Below are positions 1-8,761 of a stretch of 46,978 nucleotides of DNA, piece by piece. The DNA is from Sumerlaeia bacterium (GTDB lineage: Bacteria > Sumerlaeota > Sumerlaeia > SLMS01 > JAHLLQ01). Both the position numbers and the translations under genes were made by a program. The stretch spans positions 1 to 46,978 of the forward strand of contig JAVJSW010000003.1 of the NCBI GenBank assembly GCA_040219255.1, in the 5' to 3' direction. The notes beneath the pieces were generated by a model, which saw only the letters and a program-made list of their open reading frames with translations, was not told the origin of the DNA and did no database searches. Numbering within the stretch: position 1 is the stretch's first letter; every line of letters begins with the position of its first letter.

Positions 1-131
1 CGCCCGCCGTGCACACAGCCATGAGCAACGCGCGACTGGCAAAAGCCGGATTGCGCAGCCTGACCGGCAGGTACCTGATGCTCAGAGGAAACGAAACCGC
101 CGGATGCGACATCGCACGTCCGGTGGTGTGA
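1..131 (+). CDS. C-terminus of group II intron reverse transcriptase/maturase (5' truncated by window)
   Basis: Frame from nt 3 reads PAVHTAMSNARLAKAGLRSLTGRYLMLRGNETAGCDIARPVV*. This resembles the tail of class C intron-encoded proteins, and the frame runs into DV. Confidence 0.8.
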   Translation, partial: PAVHTAMSNARLAKAGLRSLTGRYLMLRGNETAGCDIARPVV

Positions 132-165
132 GAGGGGGGCAGGGCGACCTACCCCCCTACTCGAT
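1..165 (+). mobile_element. 3' end of a group II intron, class IIC (domains V and VI, 3' splice site at 165)
   Basis: DV hairpin ACCGCCGGA-TGCG-ACAT-CGCA-CG-TCCGGTGGT (96-127) has the CGC catalytic triad and CG bulge typical of IIC. DVI GAG-AGGGGGG-C-AGG-GCGA-CCT-A-CCCCCCT-A-CTC has a bulged A (159). The intron ends ...CTCGAT. Confidence 0.93.
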
Positions 166-249
166 TGACAACCGATTTTCATCTCCGTTAGCCATCGGGG
201 ACCTTCACAAGAAACGTCACGTCCTCACCCAGAAACGGAGTCCGCCCCG

Positions 250-1707
250 ATGTCCCGCCGTCCATTCCTTTTTCCCGCACTGCTGGGAGCCCTGTTGGCA
301 CAGGGCGCCTTGGCCCAGGATTTCCGCCCCGTCTTCGCCAGCAGTTCGCAAGACATTCCTCCCCCCACTTCCCTTGGCAATGTGAACCACGTTCATGTGC
401 TGGCGGGCGTGGATTCCGACGAGGATGGCATCAAGGAAATCATTTACGTCCGCGTGGACGCCAATGACGCGGAGGCGGACACGGACCCCCTCACCCTCGC
501 CATCTACGAAGCCACCGGCGCCGACAACGGATACGAACTCAAGTACACCGACCTGATCCACTTCCCGCACGGAGCCCTCGGCAATTTCAACCAATACGGT
601 CAGATGCTGGTGGCCGACCTCGACGGACAAGATGGCGCGGAAATCTGGCTCCTGGCCGCCGGCCCCTTCGCCAAGAAAGACAACGCCGAGGTCGATATTC
701 CCTACAATGCCTTCGTTTACGCTTCGACCGCCGATGACCAATGGGGCAAGGGTCAGACAGATGCGCCGGGCGAGTACTCCCAGGCGCTCCTTCTCGTTTC
801 GAAGGAGCACAAACGCCCCAACGGCGCCGCCGCCGCGGATTTCGACGGCGATCGAAAGGTCGAACTGGTCTTCGGCGACGCCGAGACGGGCCAGGTGCCC
901 GCCCTGAGCCACGCCGGTGGCCGGTTCGCCGACGCAACCGCCACGCTTCGGGTCGAGAGCCAATCGCTCCTCGGCGAACACGAGACCGGAACCCCCTATG
1001 CCATTCACGCCGTCGACCTCAACGGCGATGGCCAACCCGAAGCCGTGCTCGGCACCCACGATCGCGCAGGCTTCGTCGTCATCGAAGGCTCCGGCCCGAA
1101 CAGCTATCGCGCCGCTCAAAACCTGACGCCGGGCCTCGCACCCTTCGATTATCTCTACAAGCCCGGCGCCCTGGCCGCGGGCGATCTTGATGGCGATGGC
1201 ATCGTCTCCGTTTACGGTCTCGCCGGATCGAACGCCGTCATCTATGGATTCACCGGCCTCTCCGCCGGTTCCCTTTCCAGCGTCACCCCCGGCCTGCGCA
1301 TCGTCCACAACCAATTCGGCACGGTCACCACAACCACCGCCAGCAACGGCGACCTGCTCTCGGGCCAATCGCTCTCCATCAGCGACATCGACGAAGACGG
1401 CCGCCCGGAGCTTGTCGCCGCCATCCAGCGGGACGGCGAAATGCGGAGTGGCGGCGAAGTCGTCTTTCTCGAATACGGAGGCACCGGCTCCGAGCTTTCG
1501 CCCTCCAGTTTCCTGGCCCGCCGCGGCGACCTCAACGGCGTCACCGCCCCCGAAACCATCTTCGCCGCCACCGCCGGCACCCAATTCGGCGTTCTCGACA
1601 TGGACATGGACGGCAAAGTGGAAGTCGTCATCGGCACAGCCGGCGCTCAATCCCCGGCCATTCAAGTCTTCGAAGCCCCTCGCGCCTCGCGCCAGCGCAC
1701 CCGCTGA
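250..1707 (+). CDS. Secreted FG-GAP/VCBS repeat beta-propeller protein
   Basis: Signal peptide (…ALLAQGALA-QD). Seven DxDxDG-type repeats: DSDEDGIKEII, DLDGQDGAEI, DFDGDRKVELV, DLNGDGQPEAV, DLDGDGIVSV, DIDEDGRPELV, DMDMDGKVEVV. Confidence 0.85.
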   Translation: MSRRPFLFPALLGALLAQGALAQDFRPVFASSSQDIPPPTSLGNVNHVHVLAGVDSDEDGIKEIIYVRVDANDAEADTDPLTLAIYEATGADNGYELKYTDLIHFPHGALGNFNQYGQMLVADLDGQDGAEIWLLAAGPFAKKDNAEVDIPYNAFVYASTADDQWGKGQTDAPGEYSQALLLVSKEHKRPNGAAAADFDGDRKVELVFGDAETGQVPALSHAGGRFADATATLRVESQSLLGEHETGTPYAIHAVDLNGDGQPEAVLGTHDRAGFVVIEGSGPNSYRAAQNLTPGLAPFDYLYKPGALAAGDLDGDGIVSVYGLAGSNAVIYGFTGLSAGSLSSVTPGLRIVHNQFGTVTTTTASNGDLLSGQSLSISDIDEDGRPELVAAIQRDGEMRSGGEVVFLEYGGTGSELSPSSFLARRGDLNGVTAPETIFAATAGTQFGVLDMDMDGKVEVVIGTAGAQSPAIQVFEAPRASRQRTR

Positions 1708-1790
1708 TTTCCCTCCGTGAAATTCGCTCGGGTGTGTCAGTTTTCCCTTGCGGGGCTCCGGGGTCATCCCTACCTTGTCGCACCCTGGCT

Positions 1791-1867
1791 GGGCAATTAG
1801 CTCAGGTGGTTAGAGCGCAGCGTTGACATCGCTGAGGTCACAAGTTCGAGTCTTGTATTGCCCACCA
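1791..1867 (+). tRNA. tRNA-Val(GAC)
   Basis: GGGCAAT/ATTGCCC acceptor stem, anticodon arm CAGCG-TTGACAT-CGCTG, GTTCGAG T-loop, encoded CCA. Confidence 0.97.
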
Positions 1868-1884
1868 TCCCAACTGTAACCCTT

Positions 1885-1923
1885 TCAAGGTCCTCCGAGT
1901 CATCGGGGGACCTTGATGGTTTT
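1885..1923 (+). terminator. Hairpin downstream of tRNA-Val, likely intrinsic terminator
   Basis: TCAAGGTCCTCCGA-GTCA-TCGGGGGACCTTGA followed by TGGTTTT. Confidence 0.55.
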
Positions 1924-1981
1924 AGCCGAGCCCAGCGTGGCTCAAGAGCCCGGCATCGTGCCGCTCATCCCGCTTCCAAAC

Positions 1982-2007
1982 AAAAAAGGGACGCCAACCG
2001 CGTCCCT
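1982..2007 (-). terminator. Intrinsic terminator of the tRNA-His/Arg transcript
   Basis: Minus strand AGGGACGC-GGTTG-GCGTCCCT followed by a T run. Confidence 0.65.
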
Positions 2008-2046
2008 CATTCATTCTCGCCAATCGTTGTGATTGCTTGATTTAGA

Positions 2047-2123
2047 TGGCGCGCCCAGAGGGAGTCGAACCCCCGACCTTTGGTACCGGAAACCAACGCT
2101 CTATCCAGCTGAGCTATAGGCGC
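2047..2123 (-). tRNA. tRNA-Arg(CCG)
   Basis: Reverse complement GCGCCTATAGCTCAGCTGGATAGAGCG-TTGGT-TTCCGGT-ACCAA-...GGTTCGACT...GGGCGCGCCA. Confidence 0.97.
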
Positions 2124-2131
2124 GCATGTGA

Positions 2132-2209
2132 TGGGGAGGGTGAGGGGAATCGAACCCCCGACCTCCAGTGCCACAAACTGGCGCTCTAACCGATTGAGCT
2201 ACACCCTCC
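2132..2209 (-). tRNA. tRNA-His(GTG)
   Basis: Anticodon arm CCAGT-TTGTGGC-ACTGG, encoded G-1 opposite discriminator C, CCA end. Confidence 0.97.
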
Positions 2210-2370
2210 GCAAGGGGTCGCAGGAGCCGCTTTCTGGATTGGGGTGCGTGTGGCGATTGGATGCACCCAGGCTCATTGCGAGGGGAAATGGTTCGCGCGA
2301 ACCCGTCAGCAGTCAAGGAGAAACGCGGGTCCCCGCGAAATTTCGCCCCCTGCGGTGTCGCGCGGCTGGT

Positions 2371-5300
2371 TTATCCTCCCGTGCTGGGGCGGTCCTCGGC
2401 GACAGTCCAGAAGAGGCTCTCGGGCAGCCAAGGATCTCCCGCCAAGTCCTCCCCCTGAGCGAGACCGGCCAGGGCGTCGAAGGCGATGGTGCCTTTCGGA
2501 TCGGCTTTCGAGGGATCGGGCGGGAAGACGATGACACCGGGGGCGGCGGCGGCGGCCTGCGGCGGCAGACCGGTGATCTCGACGAAGCGGACCCATTGCG
2601 TGCCCGCTTCGTTGATCAGGTCGAGTTTCTGCTGACTGCCGATTTTGCTGCCGATCATCTGGCCCTGGCTGTTGAAGAACGCGACGGCAAGGGCTGCGTC
2701 GTGCGATTGCGAACCTTCCATCTTCAGGTACGTGGAGAAGCCGATGAGGGGCTTGCCGCCGGTGGGTACCGGCGGGGCGAAGAGGAAATGGTAGCCGCGC
2801 GGGTTCTTGGCCGGAGCGTCGAGGTCGAAGACGAGGGGTTGCTGGCCGCTCGGGCCCGGGCCGTTCGCGCCGATGCGGCGAGTGTAGGAGGGGCTTTGCT
2901 CCAGCAACCCGCGCCGCAGGCCCCCCTCCGCATCGCCCGCCCAGGACAGGACGGGTTCGGGAAAGGCCACGAACAGCTCCTCGCTGGTCCCAATGGGAGC
3001 CTGCGGTTCTGTCCGTTCCGTATTCCACTCGAGGCCCGCCCAGCGCCATTCCAGGCCGGAGCCGCCCATGGTGGGCGAAAACCCGTGGATCGAAACGCGG
3101 TGGTTGCCAGGCGCGAGATCGACGCCGAGAGGAACCCGCACCAACTCGGGCGCGCCCTTCTCGACGCGCCAGACGCCCCGGTGAACGCCGTCGACGGCAA
3201 TCTCCAGGAACAGGTCCTGATCGGCGCTTCGAATGACGCGCGGCACGAGTTGGCGGCGTTCGCCCGCCGGCGACCAGAGCAGGTGCGAGAAGCCCCCCAT
3301 GAACCGGCGGCGGACGACCGGGATGCCTTCGCCCTCGGGCGCGTCCTCGGGCCACGATTCTTCATAGATGCGGGGGTCATCCACATAATCGACCACGGCG
3401 GTCGGCGGCAAAACGAAACGCTCGGGAAACAGCGGCGTGGCTTGCAGGGCCGCGTTGGCTTTCAGGCCATTGTCGCTCAGGCCGATACGGGCGATGCCCT
3501 CCGACTCCAAAGTCGCCAGCGTCCGGTCCGGGGCGTCTTGCGGAGAAAGGCGCCAGCGGCCCTCGCCCGCGGCGAACAACGCATTCTCCGGTCCGGCTTC
3601 GAACCGCGTGGCGGCGCCCGGCAGGAGAAGGCGCCCCCCGTAACGCCAGTGCAGCAGATAGGCGTCTTCCTGGGGGCCCTTCTTGCTCGTGCCGTGATAC
3701 GCCACGGGAATGCTGTCGATCATCCAGTTCGTGATGGCGGCATGGTCGGCTTCGCGGAAGGTGGTGTAGGCGAAGGCGTCCGGCACGCCGAGCAGGCGGT
3801 GGATCATGTGGCTCGCCGCCATGTTGGGAAAACGGTGGTCCGCGCGCAGGTTCTCGATCTCCGGCCACAGCGGGGGCTCGGTTTGCGATAGGGCGTACTC
3901 GTTATGGTGTGTGTCGATCTTGGCCAGTTGGAAGATCGGCTGGCCGCCCGATCGCAGGCGGACCAGCTCCTCCGCCATGCCACGATTGTTCGATAAATCC
4001 GCGGCGTAGTACTTGAGCAAGAACGGCAGAATCAGCACCGCCGCCACGGCGAGGGCGTAGCCCGCAGCGCGCGACGGGCTTTCCCTCCGCAGCGACGCCG
4101 CCCATCGGCCCAGCGCCAGGAGCCCCAAGGCCACCGTCAGCAGATAGACCGGCACTAGAGACGTCAGGTAGCGCAGGTAAAAGCCCTTGTCGATGCTGAT
4201 GCTGAAGATCAGGGCGAAGCTCAGCACCGGCGCCAGGAGCGCCAGACCGGCCAGGGCCTGGGCCATCCGGTCGCTCGCCAGCGCGCGCCTCGCCAGCAGC
4301 ACCACACCCGCCACCGCGAAGCCAAACACCACCCACGCCGCCAGTTCGGCCACAACCCCTGGACGATAGAACGTGACCCCGAAGCTGGTATAAACCCAGC
4401 GGAAGAATGGAAGACCGAAGGCGATGTTGTTGAAGGTCTGGCCGACGTCGATCAGCTCCTGGCTACGCTGACCGAGGGCCGCGAAGATCGGCTTGAGTTT
4501 AGGGAAGACGAAGATCGATGCCAGGATGAGAATCGGCACGGCGGGGCGCTGGGCCCAATGACCGGGATAGAACGAAATCGCCGTCCGGCGCAGGCTCGGA
4601 TAGATCGAGACCCCCAGCACGCCACCACCCAGCGCGATGGCCGAGAACACCACACCAAAAGGGTGATTGAGGTAGGCAAGAAGGCTGAGGAGAAACAACG
4701 CTGTTAGGCCGCCCAGCGGTGCGCCCCGGAACAGGGCCACATACACGGCCACCTGCATCGCGGCGATCATCGCCATGGCGCCATAATAGTTTCCATCCTG
4801 GCTGAAGTAAATCAGGTACGGTGACAACGCCCCCAGCGCCCCCGCCACAAGGCCCAGACCGCGCGCGGCGGCGCCATTGTCCTCGGCGCCGCGGCCCATC
4901 CCGTGCCCCAACCAAAGCCCCGCCAGCGCCAGCGCGGGCGCCGCGAAAGACCCCGACAGCGCGCTCCAGAACCGCAGACCAAAACCGTTCTCGCCAAAGA
5001 GGCTGGTAAAGAATCGCACCATCGCCAGGTGCATGTCGTGGGCGCTGCTGACGATCACATTCGTGCCAGCGACCGCGTCGTTGAGGACGGTGACTTCGTC
5101 GAGCCAAAGACCCGCTTCGCCCAATTGAAAGAGACGCGCCAGAATCGCCGCGATCCAAACGCCGAGGAGCAACTTCCAGGCGCTGGCGGCCTCCGCGCCG
5201 AGACGGCGCAGCAGGGCCCATTCCGCCTTCCAGCCAACCGCCGGTTCTTCCATCCCGGCGGCCTCGCGGCGCTTGCGGACGGCGCGGGGCGCGGCGGCGG

Positions 5301-5394
5301 CCGGCCTCGCGTCCCCTTCGCTCAGGGGGGGCGCTTCGGCGGAGGCGGGTTGGGACTTGGGGGAAGAGGTATTCGGGCGGCGCTTCTTCGCCAT
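2371..5394 (-). CDS. GT-C fold (PMT/GT39-like) membrane glycosyltransferase with large C-terminal extracytoplasmic domain
   Basis: RLFQLGEAGLWLDE and GENGFGLRFWSALSG motifs, 'SPYLIYFSQDGNYY', many TM helices. Start placed at MAKKRR (5394) to avoid overlap with rnd. Confidence 0.7.
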   Translation of the reverse strand: MAKKRRPNTSSPKSQPASAEAPPLSEGDARPAAAAPRAVRKRREAAGMEEPAVGWKAEWALLRRLGAEAASAWKLLLGVWIAAILARLFQLGEAGLWLDEVTVLNDAVAGTNVIVSSAHDMHLAMVRFFTSLFGENGFGLRFWSALSGSFAAPALALAGLWLGHGMGRGAEDNGAAARGLGLVAGALGALSPYLIYFSQDGNYYGAMAMIAAMQVAVYVALFRGAPLGGLTALFLLSLLAYLNHPFGVVFSAIALGGGVLGVSIYPSLRRTAISFYPGHWAQRPAVPILILASIFVFPKLKPIFAALGQRSQELIDVGQTFNNIAFGLPFFRWVYTSFGVTFYRPGVVAELAAWVVFGFAVAGVVLLARRALASDRMAQALAGLALLAPVLSFALIFSISIDKGFYLRYLTSLVPVYLLTVALGLLALGRWAASLRRESPSRAAGYALAVAAVLILPFLLKYYAADLSNNRGMAEELVRLRSGGQPIFQLAKIDTHHNEYALSQTEPPLWPEIENLRADHRFPNMAASHMIHRLLGVPDAFAYTTFREADHAAITNWMIDSIPVAYHGTSKKGPQEDAYLLHWRYGGRLLLPGAATRFEAGPENALFAAGEGRWRLSPQDAPDRTLATLESEGIARIGLSDNGLKANAALQATPLFPERFVLPPTAVVDYVDDPRIYEESWPEDAPEGEGIPVVRRRFMGGFSHLLWSPAGERRQLVPRVIRSADQDLFLEIAVDGVHRGVWRVEKGAPELVRVPLGVDLAPGNHRVSIHGFSPTMGGSGLEWRWAGLEWNTERTEPQAPIGTSEELFVAFPEPVLSWAGDAEGGLRRGLLEQSPSYTRRIGANGPGPSGQQPLVFDLDAPAKNPRGYHFLFAPPVPTGGKPLIGFSTYLKMEGSQSHDAALAVAFFNSQGQMIGSKIGSQQKLDLINEAGTQWVRFVEITGLPPQAAAAAPGVIVFPPDPSKADPKGTIAFDALAGLAQGEDLAGDPWLPESLFWTVAEDRPSTGG

Positions 5395-5501
5395 GACGCG
5401 GACGGTCCTGTTCGGGGCGGGATCAATGCCGCCCCTTTTGCCCGCCGGGTCCAGCGCGCGGCAAGGGAAGGTTCCGTCCCGCCCGCCACGCGGGAGAAGG
5501 T

Positions 5502-6725
5502 CTAGACCTCGATGACCATGTGGTCGCGTTGACGAATGCGCAGGCACATTTCGCCGTGCAGCAGTTGAAGCAACTCTTTGCCGATCATCTCATAGCGCCA
5601 GCCTTTGAGCACCGGCAAGTCCAGCGTTTCCGTCTCGTGGCGCTTGGCCGCCAGCGTGGTCAGGTCGTCGGTGGTCGCCAACAGCGTCGGTGAAATGGCT
5701 TCCCGTTCGGCCACAGAGCGCACCAGAGCCTGGAACAGTTCCACCAGGCCGGCGGGCGTTTCGTTCGCCCGCGCGGGCCGTTTCGGTTTTTGCGGCCATT
5801 GCTCCTCCGGCGTATCTTTGCCCCGCGCGATGGCCTTCAGAACCGCGTCCAGGTGGCGATTGAGCGGCCCCTGGGGAACCTGGCGCAGGCTCCGCGCCCG
5901 GTCCTTGCTGCGGGGTTGGGTGCGGGCCAGCGCCAGCAGCCCTTCGTCCGGAAAGACATTGCGCCGAGGCAGATTCTTCGCCCGCGCTTCCGACTCGCGC
6001 CATGCCGCCAGTTCCCGCAGCACCGCCAGTTCTTGCCCGGAAAGCCGCGCCCACTCGCGCACGTTGCGGTAGCGGTCCTCGTCCGGCACGTCGGCTGCCG
6101 TCGTCAACGACTCGAGCCAGCGCGCCTGCTCTTCCTCGAACCACGACCGGCGCCCCATTTCGTCCAGCCGCCGGCACAGCGCCTCGTGCAGGTCATGCAA
6201 ATACAGGACGTCCTCGGCGGCGTACTGCAACTGGCCCGGCGACAGAGGCCGACGCGACCAGTCGCTTACGGTCTGCGAGGACTTGAGCATCGCCCCCGTC
6301 AGCTCGCGCACCAGATTCTTCAGGGAAATCTGCGCCCCCATACCCACCATCGCCGCCGCCAGTTGCGTGTCGAAGAGCGGCTGCGGCTTGCTGCCCAGAT
6401 AGTGCATCAGGATGGGAATGTCCTGGCTGGCCGCGTGGGCGACTTTCAGGATCTTCGGATCGGCGAAGAGCTGGGCCAGCGGCGACAAATCCTCGAGTGC
6501 CCGCACGTCCACCAGGATCGGCGGCTTGACCGATTTGTCCTTCAGTTGGATCAGTTCCAGGGAGGGCGTGTAATATTTCTCGCCCACGAATTCCGTATCG
6601 AAGGCCAGAATCGGCGAAACAGCCAATTGGCCGCAGATCTCGCTCAACTGAGCGTCGCTTTCGATCATCAGAAATTCTGTGCGTTCACCCGGTGGAACGG
6701 GCGAAGGAGATGAGTCTCTCAGCAT
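5502..6725 (-). CDS. rnd: Ribonuclease D
   Basis: DEDD exonuclease motifs AFDTEF, HAASQD, FDTQLAA, SDWSRRPLS..QLQYAAEDV. HRDC domain and C-terminal GWR motif. Confidence 0.93.
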   Translation of the reverse strand: MLRDSSPSPVPPGERTEFLMIESDAQLSEICGQLAVSPILAFDTEFVGEKYYTPSLELIQLKDKSVKPPILVDVRALEDLSPLAQLFADPKILKVAHAASQDIPILMHYLGSKPQPLFDTQLAAAMVGMGAQISLKNLVRELTGAMLKSSQTVSDWSRRPLSPGQLQYAAEDVLYLHDLHEALCRRLDEMGRRSWFEEEQARWLESLTTAADVPDEDRYRNVREWARLSGQELAVLRELAAWRESEARAKNLPRRNVFPDEGLLALARTQPRSKDRARSLRQVPQGPLNRHLDAVLKAIARGKDTPEEQWPQKPKRPARANETPAGLVELFQALVRSVAEREAISPTLLATTDDLTTLAAKRHETETLDLPVLKGWRYEMIGKELLQLLHGEMCLRIRQRDHMVIEV

Positions 6726-6730
6726 AGTCC

Positions 6731-6762
6731 TAAAAGAGGCCCGCCCAGGGGGACGGGCCCTC
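6731..6762 (-). terminator. Hairpin plus T-tract after the FKBP gene
   Basis: Minus strand GAGGGCCCGTCC-CCCT-GGGCGGGCCTC-TTTT. Confidence 0.45.
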
Positions 6763-6777
6763 GCCTGGTGATTTCGG

Positions 6778-7326
6778 TTACTTGATATCGACCAGTTCGA
6801 CCTCGAAAATCAGGTCGGCCCGCGGCGGAATGGCACCGGGAAAGCCCCGTTCGCCGTATCCCAGCGAGTACGGAATGGTCAGGCGCGCTTTGCTGCCCTG
6901 GTTCAGTTCGGCGATGCCCTGATCCCATCCGGGAATCACCTTGCCGACGCCGAGCGGGAACTCGATCGGTGCGCCGCGCTTGCGCGAGTTGTCGAACTCC
7001 GAGCCGTCTGAGGCGAGCGTGCCCACATAATGCACAGCGACGACTTGTCCCTGCTGGGGCTTGGGACCCGTGCCCTGCTCCAGGATTTCGATCTTCAGGC
7101 CGTTTTCTTTTTCGATGGTTTCCACAGTGGTCTCCTCAGTGGTTTGGGTCGTTTCCGTGGCAGTCTCGGTGGCGGGCGAATCCTTCTCCGAGGAAGCCGC
7201 CGAGTTCGCGGCGGCGGGACTCTCCGTGCTCGGAGAACCCGTCGTCGCGGCCTCTTCCTTGCCGCAACCCGCCCCCGCGAACGCGCAGGCGGTCAGCAAT
7301 ACAATAAGTGACAGGGATTTCTTCAT
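6778..7326 (-). CDS. FKBP-type peptidyl-prolyl isomerase, lipoprotein
   Basis: Start MKKSLSL with lipobox GAGC. VHYVGTL..FDNS..F.LG.G.VIPGWDQG..IPYSLGYG..IPP.ADLIFEVEL. The upstream part of the 473-aa ORF overlaps the NrnA-like gene out of frame and is not real. Confidence 0.93.
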   Translation of the reverse strand: MKKSLSLIVLLTACAFAGAGCGKEEAATTGSPSTESPAAANSAASSEKDSPATETATETTQTTEETTVETIEKENGLKIEILEQGTGPKPQQGQVVAVHYVGTLASDGSEFDNSRKRGAPIEFPLGVGKVIPGWDQGIAELNQGSKARLTIPYSLGYGERGFPGAIPPRADLIFEVELVDIK

Positions 7327-7466
7327 AAAGGGGAAAAGCCTTCCTGGGTCTGATAGACCAGGGAAGCTAGAACCGCGCCGCCCATGGACACAACACGGAA
7401 GAACGCACCCGGGAAAATGGCGGACAGGAATAACTGGCGGGGGAGAAGAGGCCCTCTCGCCGAACT

Positions 7467-8498
7467 CTAGGCGTTCGCCAACTGAGCCGCGACGAAGTCG
7501 CGCGTATAGGTCAGCACGCGAGCCTTCTCCTCCTCGTATCGCACAGCCGGATTGAAGTACCCCGACGCGTTGCGATGGCCCCCGCCCCCGAAGTACGCCG
7601 CCAGGGCGGAGCAATCCACCGCGCCCTTGCCACGGAAATTCGCCCGCAGGCCCCCGTTCTCCAGTTCGTGGAACAGGATCGACAGTTCGACTCCTTCGAT
7701 GGCGCGGATGTCGCCCGACAGGCCCTCCGGCTCGTGATCGATGCCGCCCACCTCGGTATAATCGGCCCATCGCAATTCCGAATGCACCAGCGCCCCGCCG
7801 CAGTCGAACGCCAGGCGACTGTAGACGCGGCCGATCAGCGTCACTTCCTCGCGCGTCTTCGACTCGTAAACGCGCTGGCAAATGTCGGGCAGGCTGGCCC
7901 CCGCGTCCATCATCTCCGACGCGATCCGCAGCAGATAGGAATCGGTGTTCGAGTAGCGATAGCCCCCCGAATCCGTCGTGATCGCCGTCAGGATGCTGGT
8001 CGCCAGATCGGGCGTGAGTTCTACGCCCAGTTCCTTCGCCAACTCGTACATCTGAACGCCCACCGCGGCCTTCGACGAATCGACCCAATTCAGGTCCGCG
8101 AACATCGTGTTGGTCGCGTGGTGGTCGATGTTCAGGCTGAACTGGCCAACCGTGGCGAACTCCGGCGTGACGCGCTGGGTGCCGCCGCAATCGACGCACA
8201 GCGTCACCTCGGGAGCGACCGCCGGCATCTCCTGGGAAATCGTATCCAGGTAAGGCAGGAAATCCAAGCGGTGCGGAATGGGGGACGGATTGTAGGCCAC
8301 GACCCGCTTGCCCAGCGCCTTGAGGATCTGCACCATAGCCGTCGTCGAACCCAACGCATCGCCATCGGGGCGCACGTGGCTGACAACCACATAGCTGTCG
8401 TACCCGCGCAGCACGCGAGCGACCTCTTTGGCGCCTCCCAAATTGATTTTAGGAAGCTTACCATCCAGCTTCTCGGCGGACATGCTTGCCATTTCCAT
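7467..8498 (-). CDS. nrnA: DHH family bifunctional oligoribonuclease/pAp phosphatase (NrnA-like)
   Basis: SHVRPDGDALGS, NIDHH, TDSGGYRYSNT and GGGGHRNASG motifs. Confidence 0.88.
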   Translation of the reverse strand: MEMASMSAEKLDGKLPKINLGGAKEVARVLRGYDSYVVVSHVRPDGDALGSTTAMVQILKALGKRVVAYNPSPIPHRLDFLPYLDTISQEMPAVAPEVTLCVDCGGTQRVTPEFATVGQFSLNIDHHATNTMFADLNWVDSSKAAVGVQMYELAKELGVELTPDLATSILTAITTDSGGYRYSNTDSYLLRIASEMMDAGASLPDICQRVYESKTREEVTLIGRVYSRLAFDCGGALVHSELRWADYTEVGGIDHEPEGLSGDIRAIEGVELSILFHELENGGLRANFRGKGAVDCSALAAYFGGGGHRNASGYFNPAVRYEEEKARVLTYTRDFVAAQLANA

Positions 8499-8580
8499 GC
8501 GTCATGTCGCTCCTTGCGCACCAATTCGCCCCACGAATTTTCCGTTCATTCGGCGTTCGTGTCCCGTCAGACAACCCGCC

Positions 8581-8609
8581 AACGTGGCCAATCCAAAACC
8601 CCGTGTCAA
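8581..8609 (-). promoter_or_regulatory. Possible sigma70 promoter upstream of nrnA
   Basis: Minus strand TTGACA-17 nt-CACGTT; the -10 box is weak. Confidence 0.3.
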
Positions 8610-8761
8610 GAGCCTAGCCTGTCAGAGCGGGAAAAAGAGCGAGCCGGAGTGTTCAGCGCGGTCCAAGCGCAAGGGCGCGCCTGCGTGCCTGCTCGCTATC
8701 AGGGAAATAACGAAGGAATTTCGGGAATGGACAAAGAGAAGCGCGGTACTTGCCCTAGGCT

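Noticed and set aside
165-194. TTGACA formed at the intron/3' exon junction as a hybrid promoter
   Set aside because: No convincing -10 box at 16-18 nt spacing (TTAGCC/TAGCCA).
217-1767. Long antisense ORFs (here and 2128-3891, 7575-9203, 16377-18050, 21727-23544, 37395-38975, 38708-40270, 42362-45670)
   Set aside because: They mirror well-supported genes on the opposite strand, as expected from high GC3, and carry no family motifs.
1791-2209. tRNA cluster as an island integration site
   Set aside because: No integrase and no duplicated tRNA 3' end seen in the window.
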